From: Lysobacterales bacterium
GTDB lineage: Bacteria > Pseudomonadota > Gammaproteobacteria > Xanthomonadales > SZUA-5
Direction: 5' to 3'
DNA length: 64,000 nucleotides
Assembly: GCA_022844165.1 (NCBI GenBank)
Contig: JALHMH010000003.1
Location: 128,001-192,000, forward strand
This document shows, piece after piece, positions 38,235-47,817 of this stretch. The notes below the pieces were generated by a model that was not told the DNA's origin, did no database searches, and was given only the letters and a program-made list of their open reading frames with translations. The stretch's first letter is position 1; the number at the start of each line of letters is the position of its first letter. The position numbers and the translations under genes were made by a program.

Positions 38235-40820
38235 TCATTCAAAACCGTTCTGGAACAACGCATCGTTGTTCGCGGTCGGCAAAGGCCAAACCCACGCACC
38301 GCGCGAACGTGTCCACACAGCGAGCGTTGTGAAACCGCGATCGATGGTCACATCCCAGATCATGACGTTCGGCAGCCCAAGGTGCTTTTGCCAGACCACG
38401 GGATTCGCTTCGACGTCGTCGGTGTAATAAAGCCCCCAGTCGGAACCGGCGAACACTTGGGTGGGACGGTTTGGATTGACGATGACGCTATTGACCGGGA
38501 TGTTCGGCAAGTTACCGGAGACATCGCGCCAGACGAAGCTCGCGCAGTTGACGGTGCATTTGACCTGAAACACATGACCCGGCGTCGTGGGTGTGTTCTG
38601 GTCGAAACCGGCCATCACCGCGTAACCGATCAACGGATCGACGGGGTCGGTGGCGACATCAAGCACGAAGCGGTTCGGCAGCACGGTGTTGTTACCGGTG
38701 ACGTTCACCCAGGTCGCTGAATTGGCGATGTTCTGGCCCATGTTGAAGCCGAACCAGACGTTGCCATCATTGGTGCCGGCGATGGCGACATCAGGCGTGT
38801 TGACTGCATAGGCGACCTGATTAATGAACGAACGGTCGCCCAGGGTTCCCTTGGTCAGATCAGGACTGTTCGGTACCCAGCTTGACGTTGGAATGCCACC
38901 CGACACCGATTCCCAGACGCGGAAACTACCGGCAATGATCCTCCCGCAGCCGGTGGCAGCCGGGCAGCCGGTGGTTTCGCCACCAAACCGATACAGATCG
39001 AAGTTGGTCAGAAAGCTCTTGCGATCGCCGCCCCAGCCGCTCGGTGCCGCGGCAACGGTGGACGTGCCACCCAGGCCACCGCTCGCGCTGGTCGTCGCCA
39101 CGATGTTGCCGCTCTGGCTGGAGTAGTACCAGCGCTGCTGCAAGATGGGTTCAATCGTGCTCCAAATGCCGTCGCCACCGTTTCTTGAGAACCATCGTGC
39201 CGCTCCAATGCTGCTGCCCGGCCATGTCGCGACCATGCACGAATTGTCCTGCGCGCCACCGACCGCACTGACGTTGGCCGACGTGTTGAAGTTCGGTGTG
39301 ATGCCGCCGGAGTAGAACTCGATTGTGTTGAGCGTTTCGTTCAGCGAGGTCCACGTGGGACTGCTGGCCAATGCATTGGGTGCGTAATAAACGCCACCAT
39401 CGGTGCCAATCAGCAGCCGGTTTGGATCGCCCAGCACAAAAGCGAGCGCATGGTGATCGACGTGCGGCAGTGTGCCAGTGCCGACGAAACTGCTGCCGCC
39501 GTTGGTCGACCGAAAAGTGCGGAATGCGCTCAGGAAAACATTGTTGGAATTGGTGGGGTCGACCAGCATGCCAGCGTTGTACCAACTCTGCGTACCGGCG
39601 CCGGTGATGTTGCCGACTTGCGGCTGGGTCCAGTTAGCGCCGCCGTCGATGCTCTTCCACACCCCCAGAATCGTAGCAGAGTTGTTCGGCACGGCCACCT
39701 GCGCATAGATGATGTTCGGGTCGGTCGGCGAACCGGCGATATCGATGCGACCCAGCGGATTGGGTGTGCTGACGTTGCCCGCGGCCGTGCCGGCCGGCCA
39801 GCCGTTGTCGGCGCGTGAGATGGTGGTAAACGTCGGGCAACCGCTGGCTGGGACGGTGGCGCTGTAAAGACCATTCGCGCCATTGCGTTCCAGCCCCGTT
39901 TGCACCGTTGTCGCGAACGCACGCACGCCGACAGAGGCGACGATGCGCGTCGTTGCACCAAGATCGGTCAAGATCAATCCGGTGATGTCCTGGCGCTGAC
40001 CGGGAAACGCATTCGTGGGGCAGGCACCGGTCCAGGTGTCGCCGCCATTGTAAGAAATGTACAGTCCGGTCTTGGCACCAACGATAACGATATTGGAATT
40101 GTTCGGATCGACCTCGACCTTGCCGATGGCCTGATATTGCGGTGGCGCGTTGACGTTTGGCGCATAAAACGGATTGAACACATCTGCGCCCTTCACCGTC
40201 CAGGTCTCGCCACCATCCACCGATTTCAACACGCCATTCGAGCCAAAGGAGAACGAGCCATAGCGCAGATCGCCAGTACCGGCGTACAGCACGTCGGGGT
40301 TGTTTGGATCGATCGCCATGGCGCCGATGGCGCTGTTTTGGATCGGTTCGGTGGTCGCTGAGATATCGGTTGTGTTACGCCAGGTCGTCGCCGCGCTGCA
40401 GCAGTTGGTCGTTTTCCAAACGCCGCCGCCGTCCGAGCCCATCCAGGCGATGGCCGAATCGGTTGGATGGGTGATGATCACGTTCGTGCGCCCGGCAAAA
40501 CCGCCGCCAGTACCCAATGGCCGTGGCCCGAGCGGCGTGAACACGTTCGGCGGCAAATTGCCGCTCCCGCGGAAGGCCTCAATACCCTGTGGCAAGGCCT
40601 GATTGACCTGTGCAGCCTCTTGCGCGGCGTCTATCAGCCAGCTGGGACTAAAGTGCCCGGTCGGATAGGTGGCGCGGTCGCCCCAGAACGGACCCAGATA
40701 AGCTTCCTTGGCGAGCTTGCCGGTGAGCGGCACCGGATCTGCCACCGTCGCGACCTTGGGTGAAGACGCACACGACGCCAAAACAGCGGCGGCAAGAACA
40801 AAAAATGATGTTCGGAACAT
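38235..40820 (-). CDS. Lipoprotein BNR/Asp-box beta-propeller (GH74/VPS10-like) with DALFQNGFE tail
   Basis: Lipobox VLASC after MFRTSFFVLAAA; LYAGTGD, KSVDGGETW, QSWYN, PHVDHH, GTDGGVY, GDG, SGNLPNIPVN, GLPNVMIWD, TRSRGAW; ends NDALFQNGFE. Confidence 0.85.
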   Translation of the reverse strand: MFRTSFFVLAAAVLASCASSPKVATVADPVPLTGKLAKEAYLGPFWGDRATYPTGHFSPSWLIDAAQEAAQVNQALPQGIEAFRGSGNLPPNVFTPLGPRPLGTGGGFAGRTNVIITHPTDSAIAWMGSDGGGVWKTTNCCSAATTWRNTTDISATTEPIQNSAIGAMAIDPNNPDVLYAGTGDLRYGSFSFGSNGVLKSVDGGETWTVKGADVFNPFYAPNVNAPPQYQAIGKVEVDPNNSNIVIVGAKTGLYISYNGGDTWTGACPTNAFPGQRQDITGLILTDLGATTRIVASVGVRAFATTVQTGLERNGANGLYSATVPASGCPTFTTISRADNGWPAGTAAGNVSTPNPLGRIDIAGSPTDPNIIYAQVAVPNNSATILGVWKSIDGGANWTQPQVGNITGAGTQSWYNAGMLVDPTNSNNVFLSAFRTFRSTNGGSSFVGTGTLPHVDHHALAFVLGDPNRLLIGTDGGVYYAPNALASSPTWTSLNETLNTIEFYSGGITPNFNTSANVSAVGGAQDNSCMVATWPGSSIGAARWFSRNGGDGIWSTIEPILQQRWYYSSQSGNIVATTSASGGLGGTSTVAAAPSGWGGDRKSFLTNFDLYRFGGETTGCPAATGCGRIIAGSFRVWESVSGGIPTSSWVPNSPDLTKGTLGDRSFINQVAYAVNTPDVAIAGTNDGNVWFGFNMGQNIANSATWVNVTGNNTVLPNRFVLDVATDPVDPLIGYAVMAGFDQNTPTTPGHVFQVKCTVNCASFVWRDVSGNLPNIPVNSVIVNPNRPTQVFAGSDWGLYYTDDVEANPVVWQKHLGLPNVMIWDVTIDRGFTTLAVWTRSRGAWVWPLPTANNDALFQNGFE

Positions 40821-41086
40821 AGACGGCGACCTGGGGGGCGAACGAGTCGCTGAAGTTTGCATGTCGACTCGACATCCAGCAAGTGCTAAGCCCTCGTTGG
40901 CGCCCGCGACCGACCTGACGCCCGGAATGTGCCAGCTCCGAGGTTGAAAACAACTGGGTTCAAGGCGCGTCGCACCCTGTCCCCACGCGGGATCCACTCC
41001 CGTTATCCAACGTGTCATCGCCAGCCATCGCAATGTGGGTTCTACTCGCGGGGTGTTGTGTTGGTCAGGTCAGCCGGGAACGTTTA

Positions 41087-42379
41087 ATGAACACTCTTTT
41101 GCTCTTCGCCGCCGCGACCTTTGCAGGTGGCGACTATCAGGTCACGACGCGAAACATCCAGTCCAGTGGCCAGGCGCGCAGCTTCGTTTTGGCCACGCCA
41201 ACTTCGGGCGCCACCGGCAAACCGCTGGTGTTTGCTCTGCATGGCGACAATGGAACCGGTGCGGGCATGCGCGCGTCTTTGCCCTTGGAGGCGGCAGCCG
41301 CTGGCGCCGCGGTGTTTGTTTATCCGAACGCAGCAAGCAACAATACTTTTGAGTATTTCTCGGCGATCGGGCGCTCTCGCGAAGTGCAGTTTGTGCGCGA
41401 TGTGGTGAACCTGTTGCAGGCCGAGATCAACATCGACCGCAATCGCGTGTTCCTGAGTGGATTTTCGGGCGGTGGCACAATGGCGAACATCCTGGGCTGC
41501 CGCATGGGTTTCCCGGAAATCCGCGGGCTCGCGGTCAACGCCGGTTCCCTCTATCCCATCGATGGCGACTTCACCTACACGGGCAATGGCGGTGTGAGCT
41601 GCGCGATGCCGGCAACCATGTTGCTCTGGGGCGAATCGGACAACACGCCCAACGTCAGTTACGCAACTGGCGTCAGCATACGCAATAACCTCACGGCGAC
41701 GCACACCTGCAGCGCGGCGACCGCCGCTTTCTCGCCAACCCCGTGCGTCACCTATAACGGCTGCCAACGCGATGTCGGCTGGTGTTCTGTCCCAGGTTTG
41801 GGGCACTCGATCTGGAACCAGGCTGCCAGCGCCTCGTGGGCGTTCTTCAATCGGCAAAGCGGCGGACTTGCGCCGGTCAATCAAGAGATCTACGTGGATT
41901 CCCTGACTAACGGCTGGGAGAACTTCTCCTGGGGCGTTGTCGACTTCGCCAACACGAGCGCACCGCATGCGGGCAACACGGCGATTCGATTTTCGGCGCA
42001 TAGTTTCCAGGGATTGTCCTTTGCCAAACCAGGCGCCGCAATCAGCGCCGCGCAGTTCCCGGAGATTCGTTTTTATATTCGTGGCAGCGCGGGCGGCGAG
42101 AACTTCAATGTGTCGCTGCAAACGGGGTCAACATTGCACACCAATGTGCCGTTGGCGCAGTTCGTCGCAGGCGGCAGTGTCGCCGCGGGTAGTTATCGTG
42201 AGGTGCGAATTCGTATCGCGCAAGCGCCCATGAACTACACAGGCAGCTTTGAGCGCATCAACATCCAAGACGCCACAGGCGCCTCGGCGGGCGCTCCGCA
42301 AGTCGTGTTCGTCGACACTGTCGCGCTGATCGCAGCCGCCGATCTCCCCGACGCCTTGTTTGCTTCAGGGTTCGAATAA
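41087..42379 (+). CDS. Secreted alpha/beta hydrolase (PHB depolymerase/LpqC/CE1-like esterase) with a CBM-like domain and DALFASGFE tail
   Basis: PLVFALHG, FVYPNA, IDRNRVFLSGFSGGG (GxSxG), WGESD, GLGHSIW; C-terminal IYVDSLTNGWENFSWG beta-sandwich; ends PDALFASGFE. Confidence 0.85.
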   Translation: MNTLLLFAAATFAGGDYQVTTRNIQSSGQARSFVLATPTSGATGKPLVFALHGDNGTGAGMRASLPLEAAAAGAAVFVYPNAASNNTFEYFSAIGRSREVQFVRDVVNLLQAEINIDRNRVFLSGFSGGGTMANILGCRMGFPEIRGLAVNAGSLYPIDGDFTYTGNGGVSCAMPATMLLWGESDNTPNVSYATGVSIRNNLTATHTCSAATAAFSPTPCVTYNGCQRDVGWCSVPGLGHSIWNQAASASWAFFNRQSGGLAPVNQEIYVDSLTNGWENFSWGVVDFANTSAPHAGNTAIRFSAHSFQGLSFAKPGAAISAAQFPEIRFYIRGSAGGENFNVSLQTGSTLHTNVPLAQFVAGGSVAAGSYREVRIRIAQAPMNYTGSFERINIQDATGASAGAPQVVFVDTVALIAAADLPDALFASGFE

Positions 42380-42409
42380 ACCCAAGCGCATTCGTCCCGA
42401 TCACATCCT

Positions 42410-43072
42410 TCAACGAACATCGCCGCACAACTTACGCTGGAGGTCTTCTTCGAAACGCGCGTGTTGCCGCATGCAGGCGTCCAGATCGCTGGCGTGGTGC
42501 GCCCGTTCCCAGCCCTCGCTGAGTAAGTCCAGTGGCGCGTCGTAGTCGTGAGCGGCTGTTGGCAAACCGCGTTGCAGCATGCTCAGAAAACGGCCTGCTG
42601 CCTCAAGCCTGTCGTTCTGCGTTTGCGGTTGAAACCCAGGCAATTTGCTGGGGCCGCCATCGGGCAACATGCCATCAATCGAGCGCCCGGCGAAGGCTGG
42701 TTTTTCCGTTTGCTTCGCAAGCGCTTCGTCGTTTGCAGCCACGCGTGCCTGATCCGCCAGCCGCAGCGGCGATAGCGGCGCTACTTCCGAGAGCGATGCT
42801 TGTGGCCGATCGGGCTCGCGGCGAACGATCGGCGCCAATCGGTCCCGGTTGTCGCCGGCTTGCCCGGCGGAACTGACTTGCGCAACGGGCGGCGGCGCAG
42901 GGGGTGAGGGGTCGGAGAGTTCGACGTCCAACTCCATCCGTGGCTGCGAAGTCAGCTCTGGCTCGACGCGCGTATAGCGGGTCAATACGTAGAGCAGCAG
43001 CGCATGCGCAACCAATACGGCAGACATCACAACGATTCGAACACCGCTTTGTGCGAAGTGTCTTTGACTCAC
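42410..43072 (-). CDS. Hypothetical protein with an N-terminal TM and Pro-rich linker (TonB-like architecture)
   Basis: Hydrophobic SAVLVAHALLLYVL, PSPPAPPP linker, C-terminal Cys pair; start uncertain. Confidence 0.55.
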   Translation of the reverse strand: MSQRHFAQSGVRIVVMSAVLVAHALLLYVLTRYTRVEPELTSQPRMELDVELSDPSPPAPPPVAQVSSAGQAGDNRDRLAPIVRREPDRPQASLSEVAPLSPLRLADQARVAANDEALAKQTEKPAFAGRSIDGMLPDGGPSKLPGFQPQTQNDRLEAAGRFLSMLQRGLPTAAHDYDAPLDLLSEGWERAHHASDLDACMRQHARFEEDLQRKLCGDVR

Positions 43073-43281
43073 GGCGGTACCGGAAAAAACGATGGGGCGA
43101 GCATGCAGATCCGGCGCAGCGTTGTGATTCGCCACAACTGAACTGACGAGATTCGCAGCGCGGCATTCAGCACGGGCTAGCAAAGAACGCCAAGACCGCC
43201 TGCTGGCCTGCTGCTGCACGGAGCCACACGAGCGGCGGGCGTCGGCGTATCCTGCGGGTCATCGCCGATCGCATCTCGAAC

Positions 43282-44643
43282 ATGGCCGCTGCGCATATCC
43301 TGGTTGTTGATGACGAGCCCGATATTCGCTCGTTAGTGAAGGAGATCCTGATCGACGAGGGCTATCTTGTCGATACCGCCGAACATGCGGCGGCGGCGCG
43401 GGCGGCGCTGCGCGCACAGCGGCCCGATCTGGTCCTGCTCGACGTCTGGATGCCCGACACCGACGGCATCAGCCTGCTGCGTGAGTGGGCGCAAAGCGGT
43501 CGCGATCCGTTGGCGGTGGTCATGATGAGCGGCCATGGCACGATCGAAACGGCGGTGGAGGCGACGCGCCTTGGCGCTTACGATTTCATCGAGAAGCCGA
43601 TTTCGCTGGCCAAGCTGTTGCTCACGGTCGAACGGGCGCTGGAAACGACGCGTCTCAAACAAGAGAACGAAGGGCTTCGGCGGCGCATTCCCGATGCGAT
43701 CGAACCGATCGGTTCCTCGCGCGCGTTGATCGATTTGAAAGCGCAGTTGGAGCGTGCGGCCAACGTGGATGCCAGCGTGTTGCTCGAGGGTGAGCCTGGC
43801 ACCGGCAAACAACTGCTGGCGCGTTATCTGCACGAACGATCGTCGCGCCGCAGTGGTCCGTTCGTTGTCGTTTCCGGAGCGGCTTTAATGAAGCCTGACG
43901 CGGCCCGCGATCTGTTCGGCAGCGAGGAAAACGGCGAGGCGCGGTACGGGTTGCTGGAGCAGGCGCAGGGCGGCACTTTGTATCTCGATGAAATCGGTGG
44001 CCTGAGTGCAACCTTACAGTCGCGACTGGCGGCGGCACTGCATGCACGACAATTCGCGCGTGTGGATGGTCACACGGCGGTGAAGCTCGAAGCGCGCATT
44101 GTCGCGGGGACTGCAAAGAGCCTGAGCCAGGAGGTTGCGGAAGGACGATTCGACGAAGCATTGATGTACGAGTTGCGTGTTTTGCCCCTGCGCGTCCCAT
44201 CGCTACGCGAACGTCCGGAGGACATACCCGATTTGCTGCGGTGGTTTGCCGAAACCTACGCGGATCGCGATCAGTTGCCGTACCGCCGTTTCACAGTGGC
44301 CGCGCAGAATCGGTTGCGCCAATATGCCTGGCCCGGCAACGTGCGTGAGCTATCGAACCTCGTCCAGCGCCTTTTGATTTTAGGGCAGGGCGACGAGGCC
44401 GATCTGTCCGAAATCGAAGCTGCGCTCGGGCCGCCGCGCAGCATTAAGAACGATGCGCCAGCGCTCGATCTGGGTTTGCCGCTGCGCGAAGCGCGCGAAC
44501 AATTCGAGCGCGAGTATCTGATGCATCAGTTGAAAATGGCCGGCGGCAGCGTTGGCAAACTGGCCAAAGCCGTGGGCCTCGAACGTACGCACTTGTATCG
44601 CAAGCTGCGGTCACTGGGTGTGGAATTGAAAGATGGCGATTGA
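43282..44643 (+). CDS. ntrX: NtrX-like response regulator (REC-AAA+-Fis HTH)
   Basis: ILVVDDEPDIR, LLDVWMPD.DG, GEPGTGK, no GAFTGA loop (LFGSEENGE), WPGNVREL.N, GLERTHLYRKL; upstream of trkA as in Xanthomonadales. Confidence 0.85.
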   Translation: MAAAHILVVDDEPDIRSLVKEILIDEGYLVDTAEHAAAARAALRAQRPDLVLLDVWMPDTDGISLLREWAQSGRDPLAVVMMSGHGTIETAVEATRLGAYDFIEKPISLAKLLLTVERALETTRLKQENEGLRRRIPDAIEPIGSSRALIDLKAQLERAANVDASVLLEGEPGTGKQLLARYLHERSSRRSGPFVVVSGAALMKPDAARDLFGSEENGEARYGLLEQAQGGTLYLDEIGGLSATLQSRLAAALHARQFARVDGHTAVKLEARIVAGTAKSLSQEVAEGRFDEALMYELRVLPLRVPSLRERPEDIPDLLRWFAETYADRDQLPYRRFTVAAQNRLRQYAWPGNVRELSNLVQRLLILGQGDEADLSEIEAALGPPRSIKNDAPALDLGLPLREAREQFEREYLMHQLKMAGGSVGKLAKAVGLERTHLYRKLRSLGVELKDGD

Positions 44644-44763
44644 GAAGCGCTTCGCGGGGAACGGCGGCCCGCCGTCCTGGGCACGGGTACGCAGTGCGCT
44701 GTGCACCGCCCGTTTCTTCCACGGTGACGTAATCGATTCAGCACCCTCCGCCAGGTCCGCCAG

Positions 44764-46137
44764 ATGAACATCTTGATCCTTGGCGCCGGCCAGGTCGGCA
44801 CATCAGTCGCCGCCGCGTTGGCGCGCGAGTCCAACGACATCACGGTGGTCGATACCGACGCGGAGCGGCTGCGGGATCTGGCCGAAAAACTCGACTTGCG
44901 CGTCGTCCAGGGTTTCGCTGCGCACCCCAGCGTGCTGGCACGCGCTGGTGCGGATGATGCCGATGCGATCATTGCTGTGACCTCGTCGGATGAGGTCAAC
45001 ATGATTGCCTGCGAAGTTGCGGCCACGTTGTACAAGACGCCGATGAAAATCGCCCGGGTGCGTGCGCTCGAATATCTCAAGCATCCTGAGTTGTTCGCGC
45101 GTGGGCATGTGTCGATCGACCATTTGATCAGCCCTAGTCAGCGTGTCTGCGATTACATCGAACGCCTGATTCAATACCCTGGCGCGTTGCAAGTGCTCGA
45201 TTTCGCCGACGGCCGCGCGCAACTGATCGCGCTGCGCGCCGATCAGGCCGGAGCGCTCGTCGGCCATCAAATCCGCGATCTGGCGATGCATTTGCCGGCC
45301 GGCAGCGCGGTGCGCATTGCGGCGATCTTTCGCGACAAACGTTCGGTACCGGTCGACGGCGACACGGTGATCGAACGCGGCGATGAGGTGTTCTTTCTCG
45401 CCGATCGCAAGAACATCCGCGCGATGATGGCGGAACTCACGCGTATCGAACGGCCGGCAAAACGCGTGATGATCGCCGGCGGCGGCAATATTGGCCTGGA
45501 TCTCGCACGGCAACTCGAATCGCGTTACAACGTCAAAATCGTCGAGCGCGGCCGCGACCGGGCGCGGATCATCGCCGAGCAGTTGGAGAGCGCGATTGTG
45601 CTCACCGGCGATTGCGCCGATGAGGACTTGTTGCGCGAAGAGAACATCGATCAAACCGATGTGTTCTGTTCGCTGACCAACGACGATGAAGCGAATATCT
45701 TGTCCGCGATGCTGGCCAAGCGCCTTGGTGCGCGCCGCGTGATTTCCTTGATCAATCGGCCCGCATACGCGGAGCTGGTCGAAAGCGGCATGGTCGACAC
45801 CGCAGTCTCGCCGCAGCAAATCACGCTCGGCGCCTTGCTCTCGTATGTGCGCAAGGGCAATCTGGTGCGCGTGCACAGTCTGCGCGGCGGCGCTGCAGAA
45901 GCCTTCGAGGCAGTGGCTACCGGTTCGAGCGGGACCTCACGTCTGGTGGGAAAGAGCATCGAACAAATTCCGTTGCCGTCAGGTGCGACGATTGCCGGCA
46001 TCGTGCGCGGCGAACGCGTGCTCGCGGCGCATCACGACACCGTCATCGAAACCGATGACCACGTGATTTTGTTCCTCTCGGATAAGCGCGAGCTGCGGCG
46101 CGTCGAATTGCTGTTCCGGGCGGGAGCACTGACGTGA
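44764..46137 (+). CDS. trkA: Trk potassium uptake NAD-binding subunit
   Basis: ILGAGQVG, AVTSSDEVNMIAC, IAGGGNIG, LTNDDEANILSAMLAKRLG, HSLRGGAAEAFE. Confidence 0.97.
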   Translation: MNILILGAGQVGTSVAAALARESNDITVVDTDAERLRDLAEKLDLRVVQGFAAHPSVLARAGADDADAIIAVTSSDEVNMIACEVAATLYKTPMKIARVRALEYLKHPELFARGHVSIDHLISPSQRVCDYIERLIQYPGALQVLDFADGRAQLIALRADQAGALVGHQIRDLAMHLPAGSAVRIAAIFRDKRSVPVDGDTVIERGDEVFFLADRKNIRAMMAELTRIERPAKRVMIAGGGNIGLDLARQLESRYNVKIVERGRDRARIIAEQLESAIVLTGDCADEDLLREENIDQTDVFCSLTNDDEANILSAMLAKRLGARRVISLINRPAYAELVESGMVDTAVSPQQITLGALLSYVRKGNLVRVHSLRGGAAEAFEAVATGSSGTSRLVGKSIEQIPLPSGATIAGIVRGERVLAAHHDTVIETDDHVILFLSDKRELRRVELLFRAGALT

Positions 46138-46153
46138 GCGGGGGGATGTGGAG

Positions 46154-46293
46154 CGGGGCACGGGGCGCGGGGCACGGGGCACGGGGAGCGGGAAAGTTGT
46201 TGTCCGTTGCGAGTAGCCCTGGAGTTCAGCCCAAGAATTGCAGCGCCTGGCCCGCACCCCGTGCCCCGTGCCCCGTGCCCCGTGCCCCGTGCC
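46154..46293. repeat. Inverted arrays of heptamer tandem repeats (CGGGGCA)n ... (CCCCGTG)n
   Basis: Left arm 46154-46186, right arm of five CCCCGTG at 46257-46291, about 70 bp unique spacer; lies between trkA and trkH. Confidence 0.9.
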
Positions 46294-46335
46294 GCGCACC
46301 CCCCCGTGCCCAGTGCCGCGCTCTCGAGGACTCCT

Positions 46336-47811
46336 ATGCCCGCTGAGCACGGCAGCAGCGTCGCGCGCTGGGCCACGGCGCTGCGCGCGATCGGAAATGT
46401 GCAACTGATCGTTGGCCTGACGCTGATTCCCTCGATACTGATTGCATGGTGGGATGGCGATAACTCGGCACTGCCGTTCATCGAGGCGGCGCTGGCGATG
46501 TTTGCTTTGGGCACGGCGCTGATCGTGTTTACCCGCGGCCGACGCGCAGAGCTGCGATTGCGCGATGGGTTCCTGGTGGTGTCGTCCGTTTGGATTATCT
46601 CGGCCTTATTGACACCCTTGCCGTTGATGCTCGGGCCGCCGCATCTGTCCTACACGGACGCGGTATTCGAAGTTGTGTCCGGGTTGACGACCACCGGCGC
46701 TACGGTCATCGTTGGTCTCGATCAATTGCCGCGCAGCGTATTGTTTTATCGCCAGTCGCTGCAGTTCCTGGGCGGCATGGGCATTGTGCTGCTGGCTGTG
46801 GCGATTTTGCCCACGCTGCGCATCGGCGGTTCGCAGTTGACCAAGGGCGAGACCAGTGGTCCCAATAAAGACGCCAAGCTGACGCCGCGCATCCAGAGCA
46901 CAGCCGCGGCGCTGTGGTTGATCTACCTCGGATTGAACGCAACCTGCGCGCTCGCGTATTGGATGGGCGGAATGCAGCCTTTCGATGCGGTGACCTATGC
47001 GTTCTCGACCGTCGCGACAGGAGGATTCGGCAACTACGATGCCAACTTCGGCCAGTTCGACTCGCCTCTCCTGGAGAGCATCGCAATGGTCTTCATCGTG
47101 CTCGGCGGCGCGAATTTCGCGTTGCATTTTATCGCCTGGCAACGGGGTTCGGTCGCCGCCTATTTTCAGGACGTTGAGTTTCGCACGTACGTTCGCTGCC
47201 TGCTGTTTTTTTCGGCCATCGTCGGCACATCGCTATACACCACCGGTACCCACGAGGATTGGGCGACGAGTATCCGGCACGGCGCTTTCCATGTGGTTTC
47301 GGTGATGACAACCACCGGCTTCACGACCACCGGATTCGCCGGTTGGCCGGGCTACCTGGCGGCCTTGATGATATTGATCGCGTTTTTCGGCGCCTGCGCC
47401 GGATCGACCGCTGGCGGGTTGAAAATTGTCCGGATCATGATGACAGCAAAACTGGCTTGGCGAGAAATCCTGCGTGTCATTCACCCGCGTGGCCAGTTTG
47501 TTGTCAAAATCGGACGGCAAGTCGTGGGCGAACCGATTCTGGCGGCGGTGGCCGGTTTCATCACGGTGTACATTGGTAGTTACGTCGTGATCGCGTTGTG
47601 TATAGCGGCCACCGGGGCCGATCTGATCACTGCGTTTTCTGTCGCCGCGGCATCAATCACGAATTTGGGGCCGGCGCTTGGCGCTGCTGCCGCGACGGTG
47701 CGGGACCTGAACGATGTTGCTGTGTGGTTGTGTTCGGCAGCAATGCTGCTCGGGCGCCTTGAGGTGTTTACCCTGTTGGTGCTGCTGACGCCGGCATTTT
47801 GGCGCGAGTGA
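46336..47811 (+). CDS. trkH: Trk potassium uptake permease
   Basis: GAGGA RBS; FEVVSGLTTTGAT, QFLGGMGI, STVATGGF, TTTGF, GACAGSTAGGLK, NLGPALG, MLLGRLE. Confidence 0.97.
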   Translation: MPAEHGSSVARWATALRAIGNVQLIVGLTLIPSILIAWWDGDNSALPFIEAALAMFALGTALIVFTRGRRAELRLRDGFLVVSSVWIISALLTPLPLMLGPPHLSYTDAVFEVVSGLTTTGATVIVGLDQLPRSVLFYRQSLQFLGGMGIVLLAVAILPTLRIGGSQLTKGETSGPNKDAKLTPRIQSTAAALWLIYLGLNATCALAYWMGGMQPFDAVTYAFSTVATGGFGNYDANFGQFDSPLLESIAMVFIVLGGANFALHFIAWQRGSVAAYFQDVEFRTYVRCLLFFSAIVGTSLYTTGTHEDWATSIRHGAFHVVSVMTTTGFTTTGFAGWPGYLAALMILIAFFGACAGSTAGGLKIVRIMMTAKLAWREILRVIHPRGQFVVKIGRQVVGEPILAAVAGFITVYIGSYVVIALCIAATGADLITAFSVAAASITNLGPALGAAAATVRDLNDVAVWLCSAAMLLGRLEVFTLLVLLTPAFWRE

Positions 47812-47817
47812 GGCGGA

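Noticed and set aside
46207-46335. Pro/Arg-rich N-terminal extension of TrkH in the ORF track
   Set aside because: It is the translated heptamer repeat; a GAGGA RBS supports ATG 46336. The HisH extension (52390-52491) is rejected for the same reason.
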